DNA of 60,516 nt from Acidobacteriota bacterium (GCA_027622905.1 JAQBVV010000003.1:1-60516); one strand, 5' to 3'; counted from the stretch's first letter, positions 46,420-56,737 are shown. Translations and numbers: made by a program. Notes: generated from the sequence alone by a model not told the origin.

Positions 46420-49100
46420 AGATTCTGTTTCTCGCTCGTCATTTCTCGTACCTGCGCCTCTTCGAGTCGGCCATTGCCGAACTGGCCGAGCGTGGCCACA
46501 CCATTCACCTGTCGGCCGATCGCGAGGAGGAGCTGGGTGGCGCGGAGCTGGTCGAGCGCCTTGCCGTGCGGTACCCCGCGGTAACTGTTGGATGGACGCC
46601 GGGGCGACAGGCTGGTGCCTGGGCGGACCTCGGACGGAAACTCCGTCTGGGCATCGACTACCTGCGCTTTCTCGATCCTCGGTACGACTCGACTCCTCGC
46701 TTACGAGGACGATCCGAGGAGCGAACGCCGTCCCTGGTGCGGTGGCTGGTGAAGCTGCCGGTGTTACGAGGACCAGCCGGTCGGCGAGTGATTCGCTGGT
46801 GTCTGCGTCAGTTCGAACAGGCCGTGCCCCGGAGTCGCGAACTCACGGCGTACCTTGAGGAGCAAGCGCCAGACGTTGTGCTGATCACGCCGCTGGTCGA
46901 TCTCGGATCACCGCAGCTCGATCACTTTGTGAGCGCCCGGTCGCTCGGTTTGCGGACGGTGCTGTGCGTAGGCAGCTGGGATCACCTGTCCAGCAAGGGC
47001 TTATTGCGGGCGGCCCCGAATCTCGTGACAGTGTGGAACGAGACGCAGAAGAAGGAAGCGATCGAATTCCATCGCGTTCCGGCCGAGCGAGTGGTCGTGA
47101 CGGGCGCGCAGTGCTACGACCAGTGGTTCGGGCGTCAGCCATCACGCTCGCGTGATGAATTTTGCGAACGCGCGGGACTCGACCCGGGGCGTCCCTTCGT
47201 GCTCTACGTGTGCTCGTCGCTGTTCAAGAACACCGCCAACGAGGCGCGATTCGCGGAGAGCTGGATTCAGCAGGTCCGCGGCAGCGCCGACCCAGCGCTT
47301 CGTGAGGCCGGTCTGTTGATCCGGCCGCACCCTCGGCGCCTTGACGAGTGGCAGCAGGTTGACCTGACAGGATTCAGGAACGTCACGTTGTTCGGCAGTC
47401 ACCCCGTCGACCCTGGCACCAAGGACGACTATTTCGACTCGCTGTACTACGCGTCCGCTGTGGTTGGACTCAACACGAGCGCGTTCCTGGAAGCGGGGGT
47501 TGCCGGGAAGCCAGTGCTTTCGATACTGGTACCGGAAATTTCCGAAGACAACCAGGAAGGGACCATTCACTTTCACTATCTGCTCGGGGTTGGCGGCGGA
47601 CTGCTGGAGACAGCTCGCAGCCTCGGGGAGCACGTGACCCAGCTTGCGGCGGCGCTGGCTGATCCGGGACCGGGCATCGAGCGGGCGCGGCGTTTTACCG
47701 AGGGGTTCATCCGACCTTACGGCCTGGACGAGCCGGCCACCCCACGGTTCGCACGCGCGATTGAAGATGTGGCCTTGGTCCCGTCACCAACCCGGGTCGG
47801 CGCACCGCCAGCGGCGATCGTGGCCCGAGCGCTGCTCTTGCCGTGGCTTGCCTTCGCACAGCTCAGATACGCGACGCAGCCGCTGCGAAAGGAGTCGAGG
47901 TACAAGTACCGTCGTTTCCGTCGCCACGCGAAGAAGCAGGTGTTCCTGAAGATTCGTCATTTCGCCGTGACTCGGCTGAGGCGGATCGTGGGCGAGGAGC
48001 CGCCGCAGCTTCGTCAGGGGACGGGAGCCATCTTGACGCCCAAGCTCAACAAACATCGTGACCCGGCGAAGAACCTTCGGTTTCCGGGCGTGCCGGAGGT
48101 TGACGAAACCAAGGAACTCGTGACGATGCTGGGACGCCAGGATCGACCGATCATCGTCGGTCCGTGGCTCACCGAGGCCGGCTTCGAACTGTTGTACTGG
48201 ATTCCGTTTCTTGCCTGGGTGAAGTCGTACGCCAGTCTGCATGACGACCAGCTGATCGTGGTGTCGCGGGGCGGTGCTGCGCCCTGGTACCGACACATCA
48301 CCCCCCATTATCACGACATCCTCTCGCTCTACACGGCTGATGAGTTTCGGCTCAGGAATGAAACCCGGGTACATGAGCAGAGGGGGCGCCTGAAGCATTT
48401 TGATATTGGCGATTTCGATCGCGAAGTCATCGAGCGCGTCAAACGAAAACGCGGTCTGGACAAGGTCAAGATCCTGCATCCGTCGCTGATGTACAACCTG
48501 TTCAACGTCTTCTGGCGGCAACAGGCACCGATCACGCTGGTGGAGGCGTTCGGCATTTTTCGGCAACTGCCAAAGCTTCCCCTTGGCGACCTCGCGGCTG
48601 CATTGCCACGTGACTACGTGGCGGTCAAGTTCTACGCAAACTCCGCGCTTCCGGACTCGGCGGCGAACAACGCGTTCATCGCGCAGGTGCTCGCGGATAT
48701 CTCGCAGACCACGGACGTGGTCCTTCTCAATACAGGGCAGCGCTATGACGACCATTCTGACTTCACGATGCCGCGCCGAGATCGGCTGCACTCGGTCGAG
48801 CATCTGATGACCCCGGAGACCAACCTGGAGGTACAGACGCGCATCATCTGCGGTGCGCGTGCCTTTGTTGGCACTTATGGTGGTTTTTCGTATCTGGCGC
48901 CATTCTGCGGCACCAACGCGGTCGCCTTCTTCTCCAATCCCACGGCATTTCGTTTCGACCATCTTGAGGTGTCGAAGCGCGTCTTTTCGAGCCTGAGGAG
49001 CGGCTCGTTCGTGCCGCTGGATGTCAAGGATGTCGATGTGGTCCGTTTGTCGCTGGGCCGAGTCGACAAGGAACAGCAGGCCGGAGTAGGAGTGCCCTAG
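46416..49100 (+). CDS. Fusion of a family A module and a family B module
   Basis: ATG 46416. N-terminal half has SWDHLSSKG, RPHP and QEGTIHFHYL. C-terminal half has GPWLTEAGFELLYWIPF and FVGTYGGFSYLAP. Confidence 0.82.
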   Translation: MKILFLARHFSYLRLFESAIAELAERGHTIHLSADREEELGGAELVERLAVRYPAVTVGWTPGRQAGAWADLGRKLRLGIDYLRFLDPRYDSTPRLRGRSEERTPSLVRWLVKLPVLRGPAGRRVIRWCLRQFEQAVPRSRELTAYLEEQAPDVVLITPLVDLGSPQLDHFVSARSLGLRTVLCVGSWDHLSSKGLLRAAPNLVTVWNETQKKEAIEFHRVPAERVVVTGAQCYDQWFGRQPSRSRDEFCERAGLDPGRPFVLYVCSSLFKNTANEARFAESWIQQVRGSADPALREAGLLIRPHPRRLDEWQQVDLTGFRNVTLFGSHPVDPGTKDDYFDSLYYASAVVGLNTSAFLEAGVAGKPVLSILVPEISEDNQEGTIHFHYLLGVGGGLLETARSLGEHVTQLAAALADPGPGIERARRFTEGFIRPYGLDEPATPRFARAIEDVALVPSPTRVGAPPAAIVARALLLPWLAFAQLRYATQPLRKESRYKYRRFRRHAKKQVFLKIRHFAVTRLRRIVGEEPPQLRQGTGAILTPKLNKHRDPAKNLRFPGVPEVDETKELVTMLGRQDRPIIVGPWLTEAGFELLYWIPFLAWVKSYASLHDDQLIVVSRGGAAPWYRHITPHYHDILSLYTADEFRLRNETRVHEQRGRLKHFDIGDFDREVIERVKRKRGLDKVKILHPSLMYNLFNVFWRQQAPITLVEAFGIFRQLPKLPLGDLAAALPRDYVAVKFYANSALPDSAANNAFIAQVLADISQTTDVVLLNTGQRYDDHSDFTMPRRDRLHSVEHLMTPETNLEVQTRIICGARAFVGTYGGFSYLAPFCGTNAVAFFSNPTAFRFDHLEVSKRVFSSLRSGSFVPLDVKDVDVVRLSLGRVDKEQQAGVGVP

Positions 49101-49234
49101 ATGATCGACCGGTGCGGCGACCCGATCGTGATTGAGAGGCCGTTGACCAGAGTCCTGTTGCGAGCACAGCGATCTCATGGCCGCTGCTTGGACGATGGTG
49201 ACCGGGAGTTCGAGGCTGCGGCGGTGCACATCTG

Positions 49235-50266
49235 ATGTCGTCGAGTCCGTCAGGCTTGCAGACCGGGCGCAGCTTCATCATCGGAGAGGTGGGGCTTGCG
49301 CACGACGGGAGCCTCGGCTACGCGCACGCCTTCGTCGACGAGGTCGCGCGCGCGGGAGCCGACGCCGTCAAGTTCCAGACGCATATCGCGGAGGCCGAGA
49401 GCACGGCCACGGAACCATTTCGCGTGGCGTTCAGTCGGAAGGATGCGACGCGTTACGACTACTGGAAGCGCCTCGAATTTTCCGAGGCCGAGTGGCAGGG
49501 ACTTGCGGATCACGCACGCGACCGGGGCCTGGTGTTTCTAAGCTCGCCGTTCTCGCGGGAAGCTGTCCAGATGCTGACCCGCGTTGGCATGGCGATGTGG
49601 AAGGTCGGTTCCGGCGAGGTAGGCAACCTGCCGCTGCTGGACGCGATGACGGCGACGGGGCGGCCGGTGATTCTGTCAAGCGGCATGAGCGACCTCTCGG
49701 AACTGGACTCCGCCGTTGCGCGCGTCCGACACGCTGGCGTGCAGCTGGCGGTATTGCAGTGCACCACGGCCTATCCCTGTCCTCCCGAGCGAATCGGCTT
49801 GAACATGATGCAGGTCTTTCGCGATCGCTACGGCTGCTTCGTGGGGCTCTCCGATCACTCGGGTACCGTGTACCCAGGGATTGCTGCCGCGGCGCTCGGC
49901 GCTGACGTGCTGGAAGTACATGTCACCATGAGTCGGGGCATGTTCGGTCCGGACGTACCCGCGTCGGTCACCATGGAGGAGTTGCGGGTGCTGGTTGACG
50001 GCGTACGCTTCGTGGAGCGCATGCAGGCGAATCCCGTCGACAAGGACGCTGCCGCCAGAGACGTGAGTGCGCTTCGCGACATCTTCACGAAGAGCCTCGT
50101 CGCTCAGGGCGACCTGCCGGTCGGCACGGTGCTCACGGAGTCCCACCTCGGCATGAAGAAGCCGGGTACGGGGATCCCGGCGAATCAGCTGGCGAGCGTG
50201 GTCGGTCGCCGTCTTCGCCGCTCGCTCGTCGCAGACGAGCAGATCCGAACGGAGGACCTTGAGTAG
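49235..50266 (+). CDS. neuB: N-acetylneuraminate/nonulosonate synthase with C-terminal SAF domain
   Basis: IIGEVGLAHDG, AVKFQTH, SSPF, KVGSGE, ILSSGM, QCTTAYP, GLSDHS, EVH and KKPGTGI. Confidence 0.92.
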   Translation: MSSSPSGLQTGRSFIIGEVGLAHDGSLGYAHAFVDEVARAGADAVKFQTHIAEAESTATEPFRVAFSRKDATRYDYWKRLEFSEAEWQGLADHARDRGLVFLSSPFSREAVQMLTRVGMAMWKVGSGEVGNLPLLDAMTATGRPVILSSGMSDLSELDSAVARVRHAGVQLAVLQCTTAYPCPPERIGLNMMQVFRDRYGCFVGLSDHSGTVYPGIAAAALGADVLEVHVTMSRGMFGPDVPASVTMEELRVLVDGVRFVERMQANPVDKDAAARDVSALRDIFTKSLVAQGDLPVGTVLTESHLGMKKPGTGIPANQLASVVGRRLRRSLVADEQIRTEDLE

Positions 50267-50582
50267 CTCGCTCCGCACGACCCGTCCGGAAGTCTGTCGG
50301 GAATGAGCCTCAAGGGCGATCTGGCGGTCTGGTTGTCGAGGCCCTCGCGGCGGATCGCCTCGCTCCGAACGAAGGTTGCGGCGCTGCGTGCCGACGCACC
50401 CCAAGCCGGGAGGGCCATCAGCGGCGTGAATCGCGAAACAGCGTTGTACTTGCTGCGCGCTGACACAGACGCGACAGCTATCGCTTAAGACGCACTGGCA
50501 CCGCTTGGCATGTCGGCATACAGAGGACTGAGAACGTGAAACTGTCACTTGAGAACTGGGTGCGCACAGGCGTGCAGGCGCC

Positions 50583-51761
50583 ATGGTAGCGTCGCCGTGG
50601 ACGACGCCACGGCGTCGTATCTGCGTGCTGGTGACGGCGAGGCCGAGCTATTCCCGAATTCGTTCGGCGCTCCAGGCCATTCGAGATCACCCGGATCTGG
50701 AGTTGCAGCTGGTCGTGGGCGCCTCGGCGTTGCTCGAGCGGTACGGCAATGCGATCCAGGCCATCGAACATGACGGTTTCGAGCCAGCTGCGCGGGTGTT
50801 CATGGTGCTCGAGGGTGAGAACCTTGTGACATCGGCCAAGTCCACGGGCCTCGGACTGGTGGAGCTCGCCACGGTGTTTGACAACCTGAAACCTGACGCC
50901 GTTGTGACCGTGGCAGATCGATACGAAACCCTCGCGACAGCTGTCGCCGCGTCGTACATGAACATCCCGGTTGTCCACGTGCAGGGCGGAGAAGTGACCG
51001 GCTCGATCGACGAGAAGGTTCGCCACGCGGTCACGAAGCTCTCGAACCTCCATCTGGTATCGACCGCGCTCTCGCGCGAGCGCGTCATCAGGCTCGGCGA
51101 AGAACCGGATACGGTCGTGCTGACCGGGTGTCCGTCGATTGACATCGCGGCACAGGTGCAGCTCAGGCCGTCGCTCGATTTCGACCCATTCGAGAAGTAC
51201 GGCGGTGTGGGACCGCGGGGGGACTTGTCGAGAGGGTACCTGGTCGTGATGCAGCATTCCGTCACGACCGAGTGGAACGAGGCTCGGCAGCAGGTGGGCG
51301 AAACGCTGTACGCCGTCAAAGATCTCGGCCTGCCGGTGTTGTGGTTCTGGCCGAACGTCGATGCGGGATCAGATGGCACGTCCAAGGGGATCAGGATGTT
51401 CCGGGAGCAGGAAAAACCCGAGAACTTTCATTTTTTTCGGAACATGTCACCGGAAGATTTCCTGCGGCTACTGTGTGGTGCGACGGCGATCGTTGGCAAT
51501 TCCAGCGTTGCCATTCGCGAAGGTTCGTTCCTGGGCGTCCCGGCAGTCAACATCGGAACACGGCAGTTCGGGCGGGAGCGAGGGCACAACGTGATCGACG
51601 TCGATCATGATCGACGTGCGATCGTGGGTGCCGTCCAGGAGCACATGCGGCGCGGTAAACCAGCAGCGGATGTTCTGTATGGTGACGGTCGGGCCGGCGA
51701 GCGCATCGCCGACGCGCTGGCACAGCGCGAACTTCGGGTTGAGAAGCGCCTGACGTATTGA
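50583..51761 (+). CDS. neuC: UDP/GDP-N-acetylhexosamine 2-epimerase (hydrolysing), copy 2
   Basis: TARPSY, ADRYE, GGEVTGSIDEKVRHAVTKL, PNVDAG, GNSS and NIGTRQ. Confidence 0.9.
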   Translation: MVASPWTTPRRRICVLVTARPSYSRIRSALQAIRDHPDLELQLVVGASALLERYGNAIQAIEHDGFEPAARVFMVLEGENLVTSAKSTGLGLVELATVFDNLKPDAVVTVADRYETLATAVAASYMNIPVVHVQGGEVTGSIDEKVRHAVTKLSNLHLVSTALSRERVIRLGEEPDTVVLTGCPSIDIAAQVQLRPSLDFDPFEKYGGVGPRGDLSRGYLVVMQHSVTTEWNEARQQVGETLYAVKDLGLPVLWFWPNVDAGSDGTSKGIRMFREQEKPENFHFFRNMSPEDFLRLLCGATAIVGNSSVAIREGSFLGVPAVNIGTRQFGRERGHNVIDVDHDRRAIVGAVQEHMRRGKPAADVLYGDGRAGERIADALAQRELRVEKRLTY

Positions 51762-52684
51762 TGACGACCGAAGAACGCGACAGGCGCGCGACACGGATCG
51801 CGGCGCTGGGATTTGACTACGGGCGTCAGCCGAAGGGGTCGGTTGGGCACTGCAATCTCTGCGGCGGGTCGGCGTTCACTGGACTCACGCATGTGGACCG
51901 TTACGGCTATAGCGCCACGGCCGTCGGATGCGGTGGCTGCGGGTTGGTGTTTCTCGATCCGGTCATGACGGGCGAGGCGTACGGGCAGTTCTACGCGGAC
52001 ACGTACCGCCCGCTCGTCAGCGCGTATCACGGGCGTGTGATTGACGCGCGCAGCATCCAGCAGGAACAGCGCGAGTACGCCCGTGAGCGTGGGGACCTGC
52101 TGGCACCGTATCTGGCTGGTCACGGTTATCGGACGCTACTCGACATCGGCGGGTCGACCGGGGTCGTCGCGCGCGCGATCGCGCAGCGATTCGGACTGAG
52201 CGCGACGGTCGTGGATCCCGCTCCGCTCGAGACTGCCGAGGCGCACCGACTCGGAATCGAGACGATCGAAGGCCTCGTTGAGACCGTAGATTTCGGCGAT
52301 AGATGTTTCGATGTCGTGCTGCTGTGTCAGACGGTCGACCACCTGCTCGACATCGGGGGGACGCTGCGCCGCGTCAGAGCGCTCCTGGCTCCAACCGGCC
52401 TTCTCTTCGTGGACATCGTGGACTTCCGGGCGGCCTACCTGCGCAACTGGTCCATTGAAGAGGCGATCAAGATCGATCACCCGTACTACCTCACCGAATC
52501 GACGATGGTCGCGTATCTGAGGCAGGCCGGTTTTGATGTCGTACGAACGGACTTCGCCGCCGATCATCTCCATGTGAGCTATGTCGCGCGACCATCCCAG
52601 CCCGCGTCGTGCTCGCCCTCAGACGAGGATGTCAGGGCTTTGTGGCGTGAGATTCGATTCGTGCAGAACGCGTCGCAACCGTGA
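51761..52684 (+). CDS. Class I SAM methyltransferase with N-terminal Zn ribbon
   Basis: CNLC and CGGC pairs, LLDIGGSTG and QTVDHL. Start 51758 or 51761. Confidence 0.8.
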   Translation: MTTEERDRRATRIAALGFDYGRQPKGSVGHCNLCGGSAFTGLTHVDRYGYSATAVGCGGCGLVFLDPVMTGEAYGQFYADTYRPLVSAYHGRVIDARSIQQEQREYARERGDLLAPYLAGHGYRTLLDIGGSTGVVARAIAQRFGLSATVVDPAPLETAEAHRLGIETIEGLVETVDFGDRCFDVVLLCQTVDHLLDIGGTLRRVRALLAPTGLLFVDIVDFRAAYLRNWSIEEAIKIDHPYYLTESTMVAYLRQAGFDVVRTDFAADHLHVSYVARPSQPASCSPSDEDVRALWREIRFVQNASQP

Positions 52685-53385
52685 GTACACCGAGGGTCCT
52701 CGCGCTGGTTCCCGCCCGAGGCGGCTCGAAAGGTGTCCCTGACAAGAACACGAAATTGCTGGCCGGGCGTACGTTGCTCGACTACGTAGCGGCGGCAGCG
52801 ACCGCTTCAGGCGTTGTCGATCGGATCGTGCTATCGACGGATTCTGAACGGATAGCCGCCGAGGGACGGCGGGCAGGACTGGACGTGCCGTTTCTCCGGC
52901 CTGCCGATCTTGCGCGTGACGACACGCCGATGTTCCCGGTGATCGAGCACGCCGTGGACGCGCTCCGGAACGACGGATGGGTCGCGGACATCGTCGTCCT
53001 TCTGCAGCCGACCTCTCCCCTGCGGCGCGGCGAGCACATTCGGCGGGCCGTGCAGCAGCTTCGGACATCCGGCGCCGACTCCGTGGTGACAGTCGTCGAA
53101 CTCCCGAGGCATCTTTCCCCGGACTATGTGATGCGTGTGGTTGCCGGGCGACTGGAGCCGTTCCTGGCCGAGGGCGAGCATGTGACCAGGCGGCAGGATG
53201 CGCGGGCGGCGTTCGTCCGGGACGGGACGGTCTACGCGTTCTGGAGTCGAACGCTTCAGGAGACGCGGAGTATTTACGGACGTGACTGCCGTCCCCTCGT
53301 TCTTGACGAGGCGGAGTCGATCACGATCGACACGCCGCGAGACTGGGCTGAGGCGGAGCGCCGGCTTCGCGTGGCGGATGCGTGA
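52681..53385 (+). CDS. neuA: Acylneuraminate cytidylyltransferase, copy 2
   Basis: VPARGGSKGVPDKN, STDS, LLQPTSPLR, RRQD and TIDT. Confidence 0.9.
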   Translation: MSTPRVLALVPARGGSKGVPDKNTKLLAGRTLLDYVAAAATASGVVDRIVLSTDSERIAAEGRRAGLDVPFLRPADLARDDTPMFPVIEHAVDALRNDGWVADIVVLLQPTSPLRRGEHIRRAVQQLRTSGADSVVTVVELPRHLSPDYVMRVVAGRLEPFLAEGEHVTRRQDARAAFVRDGTVYAFWSRTLQETRSIYGRDCRPLVLDEAESITIDTPRDWAEAERRLRVADA

Positions 53386-54505
53386 TCGCCCGCGCGATCC
53401 GCTGACGGCTGCCAGGAACCTCTCTGCCAAGGCGTGGCGGCGTGCGGCGGCTGTCCCGAAGCGTGGAGTCAAGCTGGCCAGGCGACTCGACCGTCTGCGC
53501 GAGGCCGCGACCGCCTGTCACTCGGAGTGGAACGTCGAACGCGCCATCGCCGCAGTGGCACGCGGTCGACGGCCGATCATCGTGGGACCCTGGTTGTCGG
53601 AGGTGGGGTTCGAGGTGCTGTACTGGATACCCTTTCTCCGGTGGTTCGAGGACCGCTATCGCGTCGACCGGGAGCGGGTCGTGGCCGTCTCGCGGGGGGG
53701 CGTTGCCGATTGGTACAGGGACGTGGCGGACGGGTACGTTGAGATCTTCGATCACGTAACTCCGGACACGTTCAGCCGCCGGAATGCACAGCGCCGGGAA
53801 GAACACGAGTCTGGAGGCCAGAAGCAGACGGTTCAAGGTTCGCTGGATCGCGACATCCTCTCAGCCGTCAGGCGCCAGACGGGGCTGGAGGACGCGGCGG
53901 TGTGTCACCCGTCGCTCATGTACCGCCTGTTCAACCAGTTCTGGCTCGGCAATCGTGCGCTCGACCTCGTCGTGTCCCATACCCGGCACCTGCCGTTGAG
54001 CGTGGAGCCGGCGTCCGATCTCGACCTGCCAGCGCGCTATGTCGCCGCGAAGTTTTACACCGGGGCGGCGCTGCCAGACACATCCGCGCATCGCGGAGCC
54101 CTGCGTGACCTGGTGCGCACGGTGGCCCGCCGGATACCGGTCGTGACGCTCGACACGGGGATGGCGACCGACGAGCACGAGGACTATCTGTTTCGCGACA
54201 TCCCGAACGTGCGGAGTCTGCATGATCGGCTGACGCCGCGGACGAACCTCGGCGTGCAAGCGTCGGTGATCGCCGGGGCCGAGAGGTTCATCGGTACATG
54301 CGGAAGCGTGGCCTGGATAGCGCCGATGCTTGGTGTCAACACGACGGCGGTATACGCGGAGGATCGCTTTCTTGCCTCGCACATCATGTTTGCTGGTCAG
54401 GTCTACGGACGGATGGGTGCGGCCAGGTTCGAGACGCTGGACGTGAGCGCGGTGATGCAGACCGATGGGCTGGCGTCTCTGGCGGTTGACACGGTGAGAG
54501 GTTGA
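53378..54505 (+). CDS. Family B GT-B-like protein
   Basis: GPWLSEVGFEVLYWIPF, SRGG..WY, HPSLMY, DEHEDY and FIGTCGS..IAP. Confidence 0.8.
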   Translation: MRDRPRDPLTAARNLSAKAWRRAAAVPKRGVKLARRLDRLREAATACHSEWNVERAIAAVARGRRPIIVGPWLSEVGFEVLYWIPFLRWFEDRYRVDRERVVAVSRGGVADWYRDVADGYVEIFDHVTPDTFSRRNAQRREEHESGGQKQTVQGSLDRDILSAVRRQTGLEDAAVCHPSLMYRLFNQFWLGNRALDLVVSHTRHLPLSVEPASDLDLPARYVAAKFYTGAALPDTSAHRGALRDLVRTVARRIPVVTLDTGMATDEHEDYLFRDIPNVRSLHDRLTPRTNLGVQASVIAGAERFIGTCGSVAWIAPMLGVNTTAVYAEDRFLASHIMFAGQVYGRMGAARFETLDVSAVMQTDGLASLAVDTVRG

Positions 54506-54656
54506 CGAACGTCGAAGGCCATAGCCCTCCTTCCGGCTGGCGCGCGCGTGCACGTCGCCGCCGCAGGGTATTCGGGGTTGGTCGCAGCGCGGGTACCCGT
54601 GTCGGTAGGGCAGTGATTCGAGTGACGAACCCTGTGGATACACATTTCCGACGATC

Positions 54657-55694
54657 GTGCTGCGGGTGACGTTGGAGCGACGCGGACAGAGCCGCGTGCG
54701 GCGCGTGGTGCCCGCGCCGATCCGTCGCGTCCTGGCTCGCGCGGTTGCCACGAGAAGGGCCGCCCAGATCGAGCGCCAGCTGCTGACGCTGGCTCGTGGT
54801 GACCAGGTGGTCGTGCTCGGCCCGTGGCTCGGGGAAGTCGGCTTCGAACTGTTGTACTGGATTCCGTTCCTGCGCTGGTTTGCAGAGCACTACGACGTGG
54901 CCCCGGAGCGCCTGATCGCGGTCTCGCGTGGCGGTAGCGCTGCAGCCTGGTACGGGGCGTGTGCGGCTAGGTCGTACGACGCGCTGTCATTCATGTCGCC
55001 GCAGGAGTTCCGGCGGAGGAATCAGGACCGTCACGGGCAATTCGGAGAGCAGAAGCAGGTCGCGGCGGCGCCGCTGGACGACGATATCGTCAGCGCCGTG
55101 TCTCGGGCCGAGGGGCAGGGCGTGTCGGTGCTCCACCCGTCGACGATGTACCGGCTCTTCGCGCCGTACTGGTGGGGACACCGGCCTCTTGCGTGGGTAC
55201 GGCGATACACACGATTCGCCCTGCTACAGCCCCCACCGATTGCGGTGGACCTTCCGGCGAATTACACGGCAGTGAAGTTCTACTTCAACGATTGCTTCAA
55301 GGACACGCCGGAGAACCGCGCATTCGTGCACCGGACGATTCAAGCGCTCTCGGAAGAGGGTCCGGTGATCTCGCTGTCGACAGGAGTTGCCGTCGACGAC
55401 CACGCGCCATGTGAGCCTGACGTCGCGGCCTTGCAGAGTATTCGTGATCTCTTGACGCCAGAGAACAACCTGGCGGTCCAGTCGGCCATTGTTGCCGGTG
55501 CTCGCCGCTTCGTGGGGACCTACGGCGGGTTCGCGTATCTCGCGCCTCTCTGTGGTGTCCCCGCCGTGAGCTATCACTCCGACCCGGGTGGCTTTTCCAT
55601 GCGGCACCTCGATCTGGCGCGGGACGTACTGGCGTCGAACGGTGATGCCGATCTGTTGGAGGTCGTCGAGGTGGCGCGGGAGGCCAGGCGGTGA
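54657..55694 (+). CDS. Family B GT-B-like protein
   Basis: GPWLGEVGFELLYWIPF, HPSTMY, DDH and FVGTYGGFAYLAP. Confidence 0.8.
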   Translation: MLRVTLERRGQSRVRRVVPAPIRRVLARAVATRRAAQIERQLLTLARGDQVVVLGPWLGEVGFELLYWIPFLRWFAEHYDVAPERLIAVSRGGSAAAWYGACAARSYDALSFMSPQEFRRRNQDRHGQFGEQKQVAAAPLDDDIVSAVSRAEGQGVSVLHPSTMYRLFAPYWWGHRPLAWVRRYTRFALLQPPPIAVDLPANYTAVKFYFNDCFKDTPENRAFVHRTIQALSEEGPVISLSTGVAVDDHAPCEPDVAALQSIRDLLTPENNLAVQSAIVAGARRFVGTYGGFAYLAPLCGVPAVSYHSDPGGFSMRHLDLARDVLASNGDADLLEVVEVAREARR

Positions 55695-56737
55695 GGATAG
55701 TGTCGCGCTGGCGGTCACGTGCCCACCGAGTCGGCGAGCAGTGGTCGACGTGGCACGAGGAGTGGGGGGTCGAGCGAGACCTCGAACGCGTGCTCGCCGG
55801 GACGCAGCCGGTGATTGTTGGTCCCTGGCTCTCCGAGGTCGGCTACGAGGTGCTCTACTGGGTGCCATTTTTGCGTTGGATCGCAGCCGCGTACCGGATT
55901 CCCGAAGAGCGCTTGATCGTGCTATCGCGTGGAGGGACTGCCAGCTGGTACCAGGGCATCGCGTCGAGGTACGTCGAGGTGTTTGACTACGCGACGGCGA
56001 GCGAGTTGTCCGACCGCGTTGCCGCCGGGACGCTCAAGCAGCGAGACGTCTCTGAGTTCGATCGCGGCCTCGTCCGGCGGGCTGTTGAGGGACTTGGTCT
56101 GGACCCCGACGTGTCGGTATTGCACCCATCGCTGATGTTTCGCTGGTTCGCGCCATTCTGGTCCGGGAAGGAGACACTGGGTTTCGCCGAGCGGCACACC
56201 AGATATACACGGGTGACACCACCTGCCGCCACACTCCCGGTTCAGCTGCCCGACGAGTACGCTGCGGTGAAGCTGTATGCGGCGCGCTCGCTACCTGATG
56301 AGCCTGCCGTACGCACGCAGCTGCGGGCCCTTGTACATGGTTTGAGCGAATGGCTGCCGGTCGTGCAGCTGGAGACCGGCCTCGGACTCGATGACCATGC
56401 CGACTACGATCTCGGCATGAACGAGCGGGTGGTCAGCCTCAGTGGACGCCTTGACGTGCGCACCAACCTCGCCGTGCAGACGCAAGTCATTTCGGGAGCG
56501 CGGCTGTTTCTTGGGACCTGCGGTGGGCTGGCTTGGCTGGCGCCGCTACTGGGAGTCGCGACAGTTCCAGTCCTGGCGGACGCGTCGTTCCTCCATGCGC
56601 ACCTGCATCTGGCGCGCCGCGTCTATGGCCGAACTGGCGCAGGGTCGTTTTCACCCGTGGATCTGCATGGGCTGACAATCGCCGGATTGACTGCCGGCCG
56701 TGGCCTGGGCGTCGGCGACGGTCAGCGGTCGTTTTGA
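55691..56737 (+). CDS. Family B GT-B-like protein
   Basis: GPWLSEVGYEVLYWVPF, HPSLMF, DDHADY and FLGTCGGLAWLAP. Confidence 0.8.
   Translation: MRIVSRWRSRAHRVGEQWSTWHEEWGVERDLERVLAGTQPVIVGPWLSEVGYEVLYWVPFLRWIAAAYRIPEERLIVLSRGGTASWYQGIASRYVEVFDYATASELSDRVAAGTLKQRDVSEFDRGLVRRAVEGLGLDPDVSVLHPSLMFRWFAPFWSGKETLGFAERHTRYTRVTPPAATLPVQLPDEYAAVKLYAARSLPDEPAVRTQLRALVHGLSEWLPVVQLETGLGLDDHADYDLGMNERVVSLSGRLDVRTNLAVQTQVISGARLFLGTCGGLAWLAPLLGVATVPVLADASFLHAHLHLARRVYGRTGAGSFSPVDLHGLTIAGLTAGRGLGVGDGQRSF

Noticed and set aside
50303-50488. 61-aa ORF between neuB and neuC2
   Set aside because: No recognisable motif or RBS, so it cannot be supported as a gene.
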